64,000 nucleotides of DNA, from positions 5,072 through 69,071 of the forward strand of contig JBCDCK010000002.1 of the NCBI GenBank assembly GCA_039181895.1, written 5' to 3'. The position numbers were made by a program, and so were the translations under genes. Each line of letters starts with the position of its first letter. Within the stretch, counting starts at the first letter, position 1. Shown here piece after piece: positions 48,574 to 58,551 of this stretch. The DNA is from Pseudomonadota bacterium (GTDB lineage: Bacteria; Pseudomonadota; Alphaproteobacteria; Sphingomonadales; Sphingomonadaceae). The notes under the pieces were generated by a model. That model was not told where the DNA came from. It saw nothing but the letters and a program-made list of their open reading frames with translations, and ran no database searches.

Positions 48574-49524
48574 TCAATTTGCGCCGGTATTTTCTTCCGG
48601 AACAATCGGCTGCATCAGGGAGAAGCCGAGACGGATATCGCCATCATCAATCATCCGGTTGATCACGCCGTCCGCATGCGCCGGCACGATATGCAGGTCT
48701 TTTTCCGTCTTGGACAGCTCGTGAATGGCCTTGAGCTGATTGACAACCGCTCCCCTGTCTTCCGGATCGACCATCAGCATCCGGACCAGCCGCGTCCGGT
48801 CGACACCTTCCGTCACATTGCGCTCCGTATAGGCAATGTCGCCAATGAACAGATACTCCATGCCGCCAGACAACCGGACAAAGAATATCACGCTTCCTGG
48901 CGTATGGCCCGCCGCCCGGATCATGACGATCCCCGGTGCCACCCGGGTCATCCGTTCCAGCGCCACCGGTTCCACCCGGTCAAATTCCGGCGGCAATTGG
49001 CCTGTCCGGGTGAAGCGCCGCATCCCCTCAAACTGTTCGGAGGTCAGCATCAGCTTGTCAGCCAGTTCCGAAGGATTGCGATGACGAACAATCCCGCCGA
49101 CATGATCGGGATGTTCATGCGTGACAATGATCCCGACGGCAGATGACATCACATCCTGGATCCGCGTCCACACCTGCCCGTCGAAGCCTTCGGACTGGTC
49201 ATAATATATGGCCAGACGCTCATCCATTCCGGCCTCCAGTGCATAATGCCCGTCCGGCATCACGATCTGGAAAATGTTCCGGTTCATCAGCGCTTCGCCA
49301 AATCCCGCGCCGGCCCGAACCGCGAATACCGGAACCGGGGTCTTCGCCAAGATCTCGGTCCGGATTTCGACCGGTAACTTGTCTTCGGGAGCCTCCGCAA
49401 GGGCCCGAATTTCGTCCATATCGAGAGTATAATTGCTCTCATCGGGCAATGAACCGTCGAGCAGATAGTAATAGACCGCGCCGCTCAAAAGCAGTACAAA
49501 GACGAGAAGCAACAAGCGTTTCAT
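48574..49524 (-). CDS. MBL-fold metallo-hydrolase, membrane-anchored/exported
   Basis: THEHPDHVGG, GHTPGS, GD, VPAH. Confidence 0.88.
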   Translation of the reverse strand: MKRLLLLVFVLLLSGAVYYYLLDGSLPDESNYTLDMDEIRALAEAPEDKLPVEIRTEILAKTPVPVFAVRAGAGFGEALMNRNIFQIVMPDGHYALEAGMDERLAIYYDQSEGFDGQVWTRIQDVMSSAVGIIVTHEHPDHVGGIVRHRNPSELADKLMLTSEQFEGMRRFTRTGQLPPEFDRVEPVALERMTRVAPGIVMIRAAGHTPGSVIFFVRLSGGMEYLFIGDIAYTERNVTEGVDRTRLVRMLMVDPEDRGAVVNQLKAIHELSKTEKDLHIVPAHADGVINRMIDDGDIRLGFSLMQPIVPEENTGAN

Positions 49525-49649
49525 GCGTTGAACCTAACCCTTCCCTGCAAGCTGTGCGAGTCTCTTTCCGGCGATACCCCATGGTGCAGACTTGCAGAGT
49601 TTCATCCACTGTGTAGGCTGGTCCGTATATAAGGATAAGGAGAAACAGC

Positions 49650-50879
49650 GTGTCGGGTAAAGTCTATATATTGGGGGGTCATCAGACCGACTTTGCGCAA
49701 AACTGGACGCGCGAGAATCTCGACCTGTTTGACCTGTTTTCGCAAACCGTGCGTACCGGACTGGAGAAAACCCGGCTGGATGCGAAAGATATCGAAGTCG
49801 GTCATGTCGGCAATTTTGTTGCGGAGCTGTTCACCGGACAGGGCATGCTGGGCGGCTTTTTCGGCCATGTGCACAAGGATTTCTCCGGCATGCCTTCCTC
49901 CCGGCACGAGGGCGCCTGCGCTTCCGGATCGCTGGCGATCCTGGGCGCGATGGCGGATATCGAAAGCGGCCGCTATGATCTCGCCTGTGTTGCCGGCGTG
50001 GAACTGATGCGCAATGTGTCGGGCCAGCAGGCGGCGGACAATCTCGGCGCGGCCATTTATGTTGGCGAGGAAGGCCAGGACGCCACCTATATCTGGCCCG
50101 CGATGTTCTCCGATCTGGCGGAGGAATATGACCGCAGATATGGTCTCAACCACGACCATCTGATGGCGATTTCCGAAACCAATTTTGCCAATGCCCGGCG
50201 CAATCCCAATGCCCAGACCCGCGGCTGGGAATTTCACGAGAACAGCTTCACGCAGGATGACGAACATAATCCGGTCATCGAAGGCTGGATGCGCAAACAG
50301 GATTGCGGCCAGGTATCGGACGGGGCCGCAGTTGTGTTTCTCGCCTCGGAAGCTCGGGCAAAGCAATATGCGGACACGCACGGCATCGCTCTGGACAGTC
50401 TTGCGCAGATCAAGGGCTGGGGCCACACGACCGCACCGATGCTGATGCGCACGAAATTGCAGGAAAGCGCCAATGATGATTATGTGCTCCCCTGGACGCG
50501 CAAGGCGATTACAGACGCCTATGCCCGTGCCGGGATCAGCGGACCGGACCAGCTCGACGCGATCGAGACCCATGACTGTTTTTCCGTCACCGAATATATG
50601 GCGATCGAGCATTTCGGGATTACCGCGCCGGGTGAAGCCTGGAAAGCGGTTGAGAACGGCGTGATCAGCTTTGACGGCAATTTGCCGGTCAATCCGTCTG
50701 GCGGCCTGATCGGCATGGGGCATCCGGTTGGCGCCACCGGGGTGCGGATGATGCTCGATGCGATGAAACAGGTCACCGGAACCGCCGGAGACTATCAGGT
50801 GGAAGGCGCGAAAAATGTCGGCACGTTCAATGTGGGCGGGTCCGGAACAACCAATTGTTCCTTTGTTGTGGGGGTTTAA
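49650..50879 (+). CDS. Thiolase (acetyl-CoA acetyltransferase, SCP2-type)
   Basis: EGACASG, ETHDCF, GHPVGATG. Confidence 0.9.
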   Translation: MSGKVYILGGHQTDFAQNWTRENLDLFDLFSQTVRTGLEKTRLDAKDIEVGHVGNFVAELFTGQGMLGGFFGHVHKDFSGMPSSRHEGACASGSLAILGAMADIESGRYDLACVAGVELMRNVSGQQAADNLGAAIYVGEEGQDATYIWPAMFSDLAEEYDRRYGLNHDHLMAISETNFANARRNPNAQTRGWEFHENSFTQDDEHNPVIEGWMRKQDCGQVSDGAAVVFLASEARAKQYADTHGIALDSLAQIKGWGHTTAPMLMRTKLQESANDDYVLPWTRKAITDAYARAGISGPDQLDAIETHDCFSVTEYMAIEHFGITAPGEAWKAVENGVISFDGNLPVNPSGGLIGMGHPVGATGVRMMLDAMKQVTGTAGDYQVEGAKNVGTFNVGGSGTTNCSFVVGV

Positions 50880-50882
50880 GCC

Positions 50883-51752
50883 GTGAATTTGAAAATATTG
50901 CTGCCGCTCGCCATTGCGATCGCCATCGGGGCCGGTGTGGCCATTGCCGGAAGTGACAATGGCGCGATGTACGGCACCATGCCGGTGTTCCTGCTCTGCG
51001 GTATCCTGGCCTTCGCGATCAACTGGCTGGCGTTCATTCCCGCCAATATCTGGCAGACCGAGAAATTCTACGATCTCACCGGGTCGATCACCTATGTCAC
51101 CATCATGGCGGTCGCCTGTGCGCTATCGGGGCCGCTCGACAACCGCGCGCTGATCATCGCCGCGCTGGTCATGGTCTGGGCCCTGCGGCTGGGCTCCTTC
51201 CTGTTCCTGCGCATTCGTGCCGACGGCAAGGACCAGCGGTTTGACAAGATCAAGGTTTCTCCGCCGCGCTTTTTCTTCACCTGGACGCTGCAGGCCCTCT
51301 GGGTGCTGCTCACCGCCGCCAGCGCGCTGGCGATCATCACCAGCGGTACCAAGTTGCCGATCGATATTTTCGCCATCATCGGCATTGGGCTGTGGCTGGC
51401 CGGCTTCGGCATCGAAGTCGTCTCCGACCGCCAAAAACGCGAATTTCGCAAAAAGCCGGAAAACAAAGGCAAATTCATTGCCACCGGCCTCTGGGCCTGG
51501 TCGCGGCATCCCAATTATTTCGGCGAGATCCTGCTCTGGACCGGCATCACCGTCGCCTCCCTGCCCATCCTGAGCGGCTGGCAATGGGTCACCATCATTT
51601 CGCCGATCTTCGTCGCCACGCTACTGATCAAGATCAGCGGCATTCCCAAGCTGGAAGCGCATGCCGAGGAAAAATGGGGCGATGACCCGGCCTACCGAGC
51701 CTATGCCGACAACACGCCCGTCCTGATGATGCGCCCGCCCAAAAAAGCCTGA
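50883..51752 (+). CDS. DUF1295 / steroid 5-alpha-reductase-like membrane protein
   Basis: EKFYDLTGS, WALRLG, DQRF, GLWAWSRHPNYFGE, SGIPKLE. Confidence 0.88.
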   Translation: MNLKILLPLAIAIAIGAGVAIAGSDNGAMYGTMPVFLLCGILAFAINWLAFIPANIWQTEKFYDLTGSITYVTIMAVACALSGPLDNRALIIAALVMVWALRLGSFLFLRIRADGKDQRFDKIKVSPPRFFFTWTLQALWVLLTAASALAIITSGTKLPIDIFAIIGIGLWLAGFGIEVVSDRQKREFRKKPENKGKFIATGLWAWSRHPNYFGEILLWTGITVASLPILSGWQWVTIISPIFVATLLIKISGIPKLEAHAEEKWGDDPAYRAYADNTPVLMMRPPKKA

Positions 51753-51758
51753 GGCGAG

Positions 51759-52370
51759 CTATTCCGGCTTTTTCGCGACGCCGACAAAGGCGGGACGCAG
51801 GAGGCGGTCCTTGATGACATAGCCGGCCTGCATTTCCTGCACGATGGTGCCGGGTTCATGCTCTTCGGTCGGGATCTCGACCATCGCCTGGTGCTGGTTC
51901 GGATCAAGCGGCAGTCCCATCGAAGCGACGCGCTTGACGCCATTCTGTTCGAAAACCTTTTCCAGTTCGCGGGCCGTGGCTTCGATGCCGCCGATCAGGC
52001 CGCCCCATTTCTCTTCATTTTTCACTTCGTCGGGAATCGCTTCCAGCGCCCGCTGCATATTGTCCATCACGGAGAGCATATCGCGCGCGAAGCCGGTGGC
52101 GGCATAGGCCTTGGCATCCTGCGCATCCTTTTCGAGACGCCGACGCACATTCTGGGTTTCAGCCTGCGCATAGAGCACCGCCTGTTTGGTTTCCGCCAGT
52201 TCGTTTTCCAGCGCCGCAATCCGCTCGAGGCTGTCATCACCGGCAGCGTCTTCCACTGCCGGATTTTCGCCCTCGCCGCCCTGTTTCATGCTTTCGGGCA
52301 CACCTTCCAGTTCGGCTTCCGCCGCCGCATCCAGGCCGTCATTCTTCTCGTCGGGCTTCGTATCACTCAT
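51759..52370 (-). CDS. grpE: Nucleotide exchange factor GrpE
   Basis: AETQNVRRR, DNMQRAL, DPNQHQAM, GYVIKDRLLRPAFV. Confidence 0.96.
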   Translation of the reverse strand: MSDTKPDEKNDGLDAAAEAELEGVPESMKQGGEGENPAVEDAAGDDSLERIAALENELAETKQAVLYAQAETQNVRRRLEKDAQDAKAYAATGFARDMLSVMDNMQRALEAIPDEVKNEEKWGGLIGGIEATARELEKVFEQNGVKRVASMGLPLDPNQHQAMVEIPTEEHEPGTIVQEMQAGYVIKDRLLRPAFVGVAKKPE

Positions 52371-52429
52371 CTCTTCAAATCAACCTGTTTTTCAAATATT
52401 TGGACGGCATTTGGGCCGCCGGAAATCTA

Positions 52430-53476
52430 TCATTTGGTCAGCAAACGGGAGAGCGTTTGCGCCGTGAAGTCTACCATGGGTACGACCCGGGCGTAATTCA
52501 AGCGCGTGGGACCGATGACACCGACGACGCCGACCACCTGTCCCTCTCCGTCGCGATAGGGGGCCGCTATCACAGATGAGCCGGAAAGCGAGAATAATTT
52601 GTTCTCCGCACCGATAAAAATTTTCGCGGCTTCCGCATCGCGGGCATTGTCGAGCAGCCGGGAAATCTCCTGCTTGCCCTCCAGTTCGTCGAGCAGTTGC
52701 CGGACACGGTCGAGATCATCAAGATTGCTGTCGTCGAGCAGATTCGCCTGCCCGCGGACGATCAGCACCGGGCGATCCGCCGGATCACGGCTCCAGGTGA
52801 CCAGACCGGCCTTGACCAGATCTTCCGAGGCCTTGTCGATGGCCAGTTCGCCCAAGCTGATTTCGCGGTCCAGCCGCGCCAGCGCCTGCGATAGCGACAA
52901 TCCGCCAAATCGGGCGGTCAGATAGTTGCCGGCTTCGACCAGCGCCGATTCCGGGACGCCGGGCGGCAGGTCGAGCACGCGATTTTCGATCGCGCCATCC
53001 TGGGAAACAAGGATCGCCAGCCCCTGCCCCTCGGACAGTTTCACGAAACTGAACTGCTTGAGCAAAGGCTCGCGCTTGGGCACCATGACGAGACCGGCAC
53101 AGGAGGACAGTCCCGACAACACCGAAGTCGTAGCCCGCAGCGCATCCTCGACCGGGCCCTCTTCGCTGATCTGGCTTTCAATCGCCGCGCGCTCTTCCTG
53201 CGAAGGCTCCGCCGCCTGCATCATCCCGTCGACAAACAGCCGAAGGCCCAGCTCGGTCGGCATCCGCCCGGCGCTGGTATGCGGCGCGGCGAGCAGACCC
53301 AGTTCCTCGAGATCCTGCATGACATTGCGGATCGAGGCGGGAGACAGCTCGAGCCCCGGCGCTTTTGATATGGTCCGCGACCCCACCGGCGCGCCGCTGT
53401 CGAGATAGGATTCCACCACGACCCGGAAAATATCCTGCGCGCGGGTGGTCATTTCGGTGATCGGTGTGCTGGTCAT
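52430..53476 (-). CDS. hrcA: Heat-inducible repressor HrcA
   Basis: PVGSRT, SPASIRNVMQDLE, PHTSAGRMPT, GVIGPTRLNY. Confidence 0.96.
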   Translation of the reverse strand: MTSTPITEMTTRAQDIFRVVVESYLDSGAPVGSRTISKAPGLELSPASIRNVMQDLEELGLLAAPHTSAGRMPTELGLRLFVDGMMQAAEPSQEERAAIESQISEEGPVEDALRATTSVLSGLSSCAGLVMVPKREPLLKQFSFVKLSEGQGLAILVSQDGAIENRVLDLPPGVPESALVEAGNYLTARFGGLSLSQALARLDREISLGELAIDKASEDLVKAGLVTWSRDPADRPVLIVRGQANLLDDSNLDDLDRVRQLLDELEGKQEISRLLDNARDAEAAKIFIGAENKLFSLSGSSVIAAPYRDGEGQVVGVVGVIGPTRLNYARVVPMVDFTAQTLSRLLTK

Positions 53477-53483
53477 TGAGATT

Positions 53484-53512
53484 AGATAAGCTACTCTGTC
53501 ATGCTTCTCAAC
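53484..53512 (-). promoter_or_regulatory. Putative RpoH promoter of hrcA-grpE, probably giving a leaderless mRNA
   Basis: Minus strand GTTG-N18-CTTATCT ending 7 nt before the hrcA ATG; no SD visible. Confidence 0.55.
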
Positions 53513-53529
53513 ATTCTAGCCACGGCTGA

Positions 53530-54123
53530 TTATCTTAAACCCAGACTTGACGAATATTCTATTGGCAGATCGGATATTGCATGATCCAATATTTTGACTT
53601 CTTGATGAACGGCGCTTTTACACTTTTCAGACAGATATTCGTCGTCAATCCAATTGGGGTAAATCCCGTAAGTAAGGACTGGATAACTATCTCCAATTTC
53701 CAGCAAGATTGGAGCACCCTCATTAGTGTCCATTCCACAAACGTTGTTTCGTCGATGGTCGCTGATCGACCAATCCAATCTGGCTAATTTGTTCCGAATA
53801 GCCGCATTGGCATTTGTGGTAAGTTCAAAATGTTCAGACTTTGCTGGATTACTCCAATCAAAAGCACATCCGTGGATTCCCACCAGTCCGGTATCATGGA
53901 ACCATTGAACACGAACATTCCCATTTGGCTGCATTTCAAAGACGGCCATTTTTGAGCAATAGATATTCTCTTTGGAATGATCGACAAATTGCACAGCAAG
54001 CGAGATTGATTTTGTTCGAAGCAACTTCTCACGCTGAGCAAATGTACTTTCGAAGAAAGTGCACCCGGATAACTGCAGTAGGAACAGAGATTTCCAAATT
54101 GTTTTGGATATTTGCGAAAACAT
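53530..54123 (-). CDS. AT-rich hypothetical lipoprotein
   Basis: 197-aa ORF, lipobox LSGC; visibly lower GC than flanks. Confidence 0.6.
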   Translation of the reverse strand: MFSQISKTIWKSLFLLQLSGCTFFESTFAQREKLLRTKSISLAVQFVDHSKENIYCSKMAVFEMQPNGNVRVQWFHDTGLVGIHGCAFDWSNPAKSEHFELTTNANAAIRNKLARLDWSISDHRRNNVCGMDTNEGAPILLEIGDSYPVLTYGIYPNWIDDEYLSEKCKSAVHQEVKILDHAISDLPIEYSSSLGLR

Positions 54124-54193
54124 AAAAACCTCTGCTTGGCAGTTAGCAATAGTCTAGCTATCCCCCCTTCCCAAAGCCACAGGAGAATCACTT

Positions 54194-54907
54194 ATGCGCC
54201 CTTCAGGACGCGCGCCGGACGAGATGCGCGCTATCACTATTGAAACCGGTTTCACCAAACATGCCGAAGGGTCGTGTCTGATCAGCTTTGGGGACACGCG
54301 GGTCTTGTGTACCGCCAGCGTCGAAGAACGGATCCCACCTTGGCTGCGCGGCAAGGGCGAAGGCTGGGTCACCGGCGAATATTCGATGCTTCCCCGCGCC
54401 ACCCACACGCGCGGCTCGCGCGAAGCGGCCCGAGGGAAGCAGTCCGGTAGAACACAGGAAATTCAGCGGCTTATTGGGCGTTCCTTACGAGCAGTCGTAG
54501 ATCTGAAAAAGCTCGGCGAGCGGCAGATCACGCTCGATTGCGATGTCATCCAGGCCGACGGCGGCACCCGTACCGCGTCGATCAGCGGTGCCTGGGTCGC
54601 GCTGCGGCTCGCGGTCAATGACCTGATGGCACAAAAGCTCATCACCGAAGACCCGATCGAGCAGAAAATCGCGGCGATCAGCTGCGGGATCTATGATGGC
54701 ACGCCGGTGCTGGATCTCGACTATGACGAAGACAGCAATGCCGGCGCCGATGCCAATTTCGTGCTGACCGGTGACGGCAATATTGCCGAGGCGCAGGCGA
54801 CCGCCGAAGGCGCAACCTATGACGAGGAAGGCCTGATGCGCCTGCTCCGGCTCGCGAAAATCGGTTGCGGGCAGATATTTGAAGCGCAGGACAAGGCGGT
54901 TTCATAA
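54194..54907 (+). CDS. rph: Ribonuclease PH
   Basis: [46 protein letters not shown]. Confidence 0.97.
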   Translation: MRPSGRAPDEMRAITIETGFTKHAEGSCLISFGDTRVLCTASVEERIPPWLRGKGEGWVTGEYSMLPRATHTRGSREAARGKQSGRTQEIQRLIGRSLRAVVDLKKLGERQITLDCDVIQADGGTRTASISGAWVALRLAVNDLMAQKLITEDPIEQKIAAISCGIYDGTPVLDLDYDEDSNAGADANFVLTGDGNIAEAQATAEGATYDEEGLMRLLRLAKIGCGQIFEAQDKAVS

Positions 54908-54920
54908 GCACCAACAACCT

Positions 54921-54995
54921 TGTCATGCCAGCGAAGGCTGGCATCTCGGGCCGTTATTCATGACGCCTGAGACCCCAGCCTTCGCTGGGGTGACA
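54921..54995. repeat. REP/RPE-like inverted doublet
   Basis: TGTCATGCCAGCGAAGGCTGGCATCTC (54921-47) and inverted TGTCACCCCAGCGAAGGCTGGGGTCTC (54995-69), 21-bp spacer. Confidence 0.85.
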
Positions 54996-55009
54996 TATGA
55001 GAGAAGAAG

Positions 55010-55642
55010 ATGACAACCCACCGCAAACTCGCTCCCGGCAAATTGATCATTGCGACCCATAATCCGGGCAAGCTGCGCGAAATCCGGGCGCTGCTGGAAC
55101 CGTTCGGGGTTGAGCCCGTCTCGGCGGGCGATCTCGGCCTGCCCGAACCGGAAGAAACCGGAACGACCTTTGCCGAAAATGCGCTCCTGAAAGCCCGGGC
55201 CAGCGCAGAAAGCGCGGATTGCGTAGCCTTGGCGGATGACAGCGGATTGTGCGTTGCTGCACTGGATGGCCGGCCAGGCGTCTACACCGCCGACTGGGCC
55301 GAACGGCAATGGTTTGAGGGCGAAAAAGGCCGCGACTGGTATATGGCGATGGGCAAGGTCGAGGGGAAACTGGCCGAACAGGGTCCGGACGTCGACCGCA
55401 GCGCCTATTTCATCGCCACCCTCGCCCTCGCCTGGCCCGACGGTCACAGTGAAGTTTTTGAGGGCAAAGCGCATGGATCAATTGTCTGGCCACCCCGCGG
55501 AACAATGGGTTTCGGCTATGACCCGGTTTTTCAACCGCGAGGCCATGACGTCACCTTTGCCGAACTCGATCCAGAGGAAAAAATCGCGCTGAACCACCGG
55601 ACACATGCGTTCCGGAAACTGGTTCAGGCCTGTCTCGAATAA
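55010..55642 (+). CDS. rdgB: RdgB/HAM1 non-canonical purine NTP pyrophosphatase
   Basis: ATHNPGKLRE, EETGTTFAENALLKA, ADDSGL, GFGYDPVF, NHR. Confidence 0.95.
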   Translation: MTTHRKLAPGKLIIATHNPGKLREIRALLEPFGVEPVSAGDLGLPEPEETGTTFAENALLKARASAESADCVALADDSGLCVAALDGRPGVYTADWAERQWFEGEKGRDWYMAMGKVEGKLAEQGPDVDRSAYFIATLALAWPDGHSEVFEGKAHGSIVWPPRGTMGFGYDPVFQPRGHDVTFAELDPEEKIALNHRTHAFRKLVQACLE

Positions 55643-55648
55643 ATTCGG

Positions 55649-56341
55649 TCAGGGGACGCGCTGACCGATAACGTTCCCCGGCGGATTATAGCGGCACACC
55701 AGGACATCGCGCTGGTTATTGGAGGCAATCCCGCAGCCGATACGGCTCGTGGTGCTCCAGATAATCTGGGTATAATGGCCGACAACCTCGCCATTGCGGC
55801 TGACATTGGGGAATGTGCCGGGTACGAAAAACTCTTTCTCGTTGATCCAGGCGTCCACCATCTGCTGGAACGAGAAGAATCCGGCGGTTCCCGCCCACAG
55901 ATTCTCCCCCTGATTGGGGCGGGATGAGCGCGGACTGTGCTCAAACCGGCCGTTGGCGATCAGCACTTCCGCATAGGCCCGCGCCTGATCGTTGAGATCG
56001 GCATCCAGTACCACCGGCGCCGCTCCGACTTCCGCGCGCGCTTCATTATGCGCCTGCAGCATGACGTCGAGCATCGGATCGCCGGTTGGCGTCGGTGTCG
56101 GGGTCGGCGTAGGCGTGGGAGTCGGCGTAGGCGTTGGCGTTGGCGTTGGCGTCGGAGTTGGTGTGGGTGTGGGTGTAGGTGTCGGCGTTGGCGTAGGGGT
56201 CGGCGTTGGCGTGGGTGTTGGCGTATTGGGCAGCGTGACCTGCTGCGGGTCGGCCTGTTCGCCGCCACAGGCGGTCAGAGCAACAATTGCTGAAGCTTGC
56301 AGCAGGATGCCGCTGCGCCTAATGGATTTCCGGTGTCCCAT
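55649..56341 (-). CDS. CAP (SCP/PR-1) domain lipoprotein with (TP)23 linker
   Basis: Lipobox [33 protein letters not shown]; GAGGAGG RBS. Confidence 0.92.
   Translation of the reverse strand: MGHRKSIRRSGILLQASAIVALTACGGEQADPQQVTLPNTPTPTPTPTPTPTPTPTPTPTPTPTPTPTPTPTPTPTPTPTPTPTPTGDPMLDVMLQAHNEARAEVGAAPVVLDADLNDQARAYAEVLIANGRFEHSPRSSRPNQGENLWAGTAGFFSFQQMVDAWINEKEFFVPGTFPNVSRNGEVVGHYTQIIWSTTSRIGCGIASNNQRDVLVCRYNPPGNVIGQRVP
56084..56224 (-). repeat. Coding hexamer repeat encoding (TP)23T
   Basis: 141 bp of ACN-CCN units with variable third positions. Confidence 0.9.
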
Positions 56342-57514
56342 AGTCCCTCCTCAACACTTTATCCGGCCCAGTCCGAACGCCACGTCTCGGCGCTCTACGT
56401 GCACTGGCCTTTTTGCGTCGCCAAATGTCCCTATTGCGACTTCAACAGCCATGTCCGGGATCAGATTGATCCAGATGTCTGGCTCTCCGCTCTCCTGTTC
56501 GATCTAAGGCATGAACATTCCGTTAATTCGGACACCCGGCTGGGGTCGATTTTCTTCGGCGGCGGCACCCCGTCGCTCATGCCCCCTCGGCTCGTCGCGC
56601 AGCTCATCATGGAGGCCGATCGGCTATGGGGTCTGGAGGCCGATTGCGAGATCACCCTCGAGGCCAATCCGTCGAGTGTCGAAGCCGCCCGCTTTGCCGA
56701 TCTGGCCCAGACCGGAGTGAACCGGGTTTCCCTTGGATTACAGTCACTTGATGACGAAACGCTGCGATTTTTGGGGCGCGCGCATGATGTCGCAGAGGGG
56801 CTGGCGGCGCTGGATATTGCACAACGCGAATTTGACCGGGTCAGTTTCGACCTGATTTATGCACGTCCGGGCCAGTCGGCGGCGGACTGGCAGGCGGAAC
56901 TGGAGCGGGCGCTGGCTTTCGGAGCGCACCATCTGTCGCTTTATCAATTGACCATCGAACCGGGTACGCGGTTCGAAACACTGGTCCGCAAGGGCGATCT
57001 GATTCCAGCTGATGACGATCATTGCGCCGATCTGTTCGATCTGACGCAAGATGTTACGGCCGCAGCCGGCCTACCCGCCTATGAAATCAGCAACCATGCC
57101 CGTCCGGGTCAGGAAAGCCGGCACAACCTCACCTACTGGCGTTATGGCGACTATATGGGCGTGGGTCCCGGTGCCCATGGCCGGCGCGAGAATACCGCCA
57201 CCGAGCGCCATCGCAAGCCAGAGAATTTTCTGTCTGCAGTCAAACGCAATGGCAACGGTCTGCAGAGCGAACAGCCCCTGACACCAGAAACGCGCGCTTC
57301 TGAAGCGCTGATGATGGGTTTGCGGCTTGCGGAAGGGATCGAACTCCAGCGTCTGGAGGAGAAAACCGGACTGACTGCGGGGCAAATGGTCAATATCAAT
57401 GGCACCAGTCGGTTGCAGGAATTGGGTCTGGTCAGCATGAATGGGGCGCATCTGCAGGTAACGGCCAAAGGCAGGCCCCTGCTCGACGCGCTACTGCCAA
57501 AAATTATCCGCTGA
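56333..57514 (+). CDS. hemW: Radical SAM heme chaperone HemW
   Basis: [39 protein letters not shown]; the nearest in-frame start upstream of the conserved LYVHWPFC is GTG 56333. Confidence 0.92.
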   Translation: MSHSPSSTLYPAQSERHVSALYVHWPFCVAKCPYCDFNSHVRDQIDPDVWLSALLFDLRHEHSVNSDTRLGSIFFGGGTPSLMPPRLVAQLIMEADRLWGLEADCEITLEANPSSVEAARFADLAQTGVNRVSLGLQSLDDETLRFLGRAHDVAEGLAALDIAQREFDRVSFDLIYARPGQSAADWQAELERALAFGAHHLSLYQLTIEPGTRFETLVRKGDLIPADDDHCADLFDLTQDVTAAAGLPAYEISNHARPGQESRHNLTYWRYGDYMGVGPGAHGRRENTATERHRKPENFLSAVKRNGNGLQSEQPLTPETRASEALMMGLRLAEGIELQRLEEKTGLTAGQMVNINGTSRLQELGLVSMNGAHLQVTAKGRPLLDALLPKIIR

Positions 57515-57559
57515 AACTGAGCATTTGAGCCGGAGTCCCGCGTCTGCTAGGATTCCCGA

Positions 57560-58477
57560 ATGGAAACCGCAGCCGCCCTGATCGAAAGCTGGAGAAATGA
57601 TCTCGTAGACGGGCGTCGTCGGTCGCGGCACACGGTGCGTGCCTATATTTCCACCGCCGAGCGGTTTTGCACGTTTCTCGCAGAGCATCTGGGGAAGGTG
57701 ATCACCACGACCGAGCTGGGCACTTTGAAACAGGCGGATATCCGATCCTATCTGGCATTTCGCCGTGCCGACGGTCTGACCAGCAACAGCGCCGCGCGGG
57801 AATTGTCCGCGATCCGCAGCTTCCTGAAATTTGCATTACAGGACGACAATGGCGAAACGCCGGCCCTGCCCCGCATGAAGGGTCCCAAGGTCCGGAAAGG
57901 CATTCCCCGTCCAGCGGCCCCTGATGACATTCTGGCGATGGCGGAGGATATCGCTGCCACCGCCAGCGAAGACTGGATCGGCGCACGCGACTGGGCGGTC
58001 CTGATGCTGCTCTATGGCAGTGGCCTGAGGATCAGCGAAGCGCTGGACTTCACGGCGGATATCCTGCCATTGTCAGATACTATCCGGGTGACCGGCAAGC
58101 GGGGCAAGACCCGGATTGTCCCGCTGCTGCCCGAGGTGCGGGATGCGATCATGCGCTATCTTGACCTCTGCCCTCATCCGGTCGCGCCGGAATCGCCTCT
58201 TTTTCGGGGCAAGCGCGGCGGCGGCCTGTCCGCCAATATCGTCCGCCGGGTGGTGCAGCAGGCGCGGACAAAGCTGGGGATCTCCGATAAAACGACCCCG
58301 CATGCCCTGCGCCACAGTTTCGCGACCCATTTGCTGGCAGGCGGGGCCGATCTCCGCAGCCTGCAGGAATTGCTCGGTCATGCGAGTCTCAGTTCCACGC
58401 AGGTCTATACGGCGGTTGATGCCGCGCATTTGCTGGATGTCTACGAGAACGCCCATCCTCGCGCCGGATCCGGTTGA
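57560..58477 (+). CDS. xerC: Tyrosine recombinase XerC
   Basis: HTVRAY, LYGSGLRISEAL, TPHALRHSFATHLL, LGHASLSSTQVYT, AHPRA. Confidence 0.88.
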   Translation: METAAALIESWRNDLVDGRRRSRHTVRAYISTAERFCTFLAEHLGKVITTTELGTLKQADIRSYLAFRRADGLTSNSAARELSAIRSFLKFALQDDNGETPALPRMKGPKVRKGIPRPAAPDDILAMAEDIAATASEDWIGARDWAVLMLLYGSGLRISEALDFTADILPLSDTIRVTGKRGKTRIVPLLPEVRDAIMRYLDLCPHPVAPESPLFRGKRGGGLSANIVRRVVQQARTKLGISDKTTPHALRHSFATHLLAGGADLRSLQELLGHASLSSTQVYTAVDAAHLLDVYENAHPRAGSG

Positions 58478-58551
58478 ACGATTGCCACCGTCAGGGATTT
58501 CTGGATTGCCCGACTGGTTTGCTCTATCAGCCAAAGAAAAAACGGGACAGG

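Noticed and set aside
55992-56507. Gly-Val repeat ORF and Arg-rich ORFs
   Set aside because: Alternative frames of the TP repeat; the CAP-domain frame is the supported one.
6469-58477. Two tyrosine recombinases as integrases bounding an island or prophage
   Set aside because: Both have XerD/XerC signatures and sit among core genes; no att repeats, tRNA or phage genes seen.
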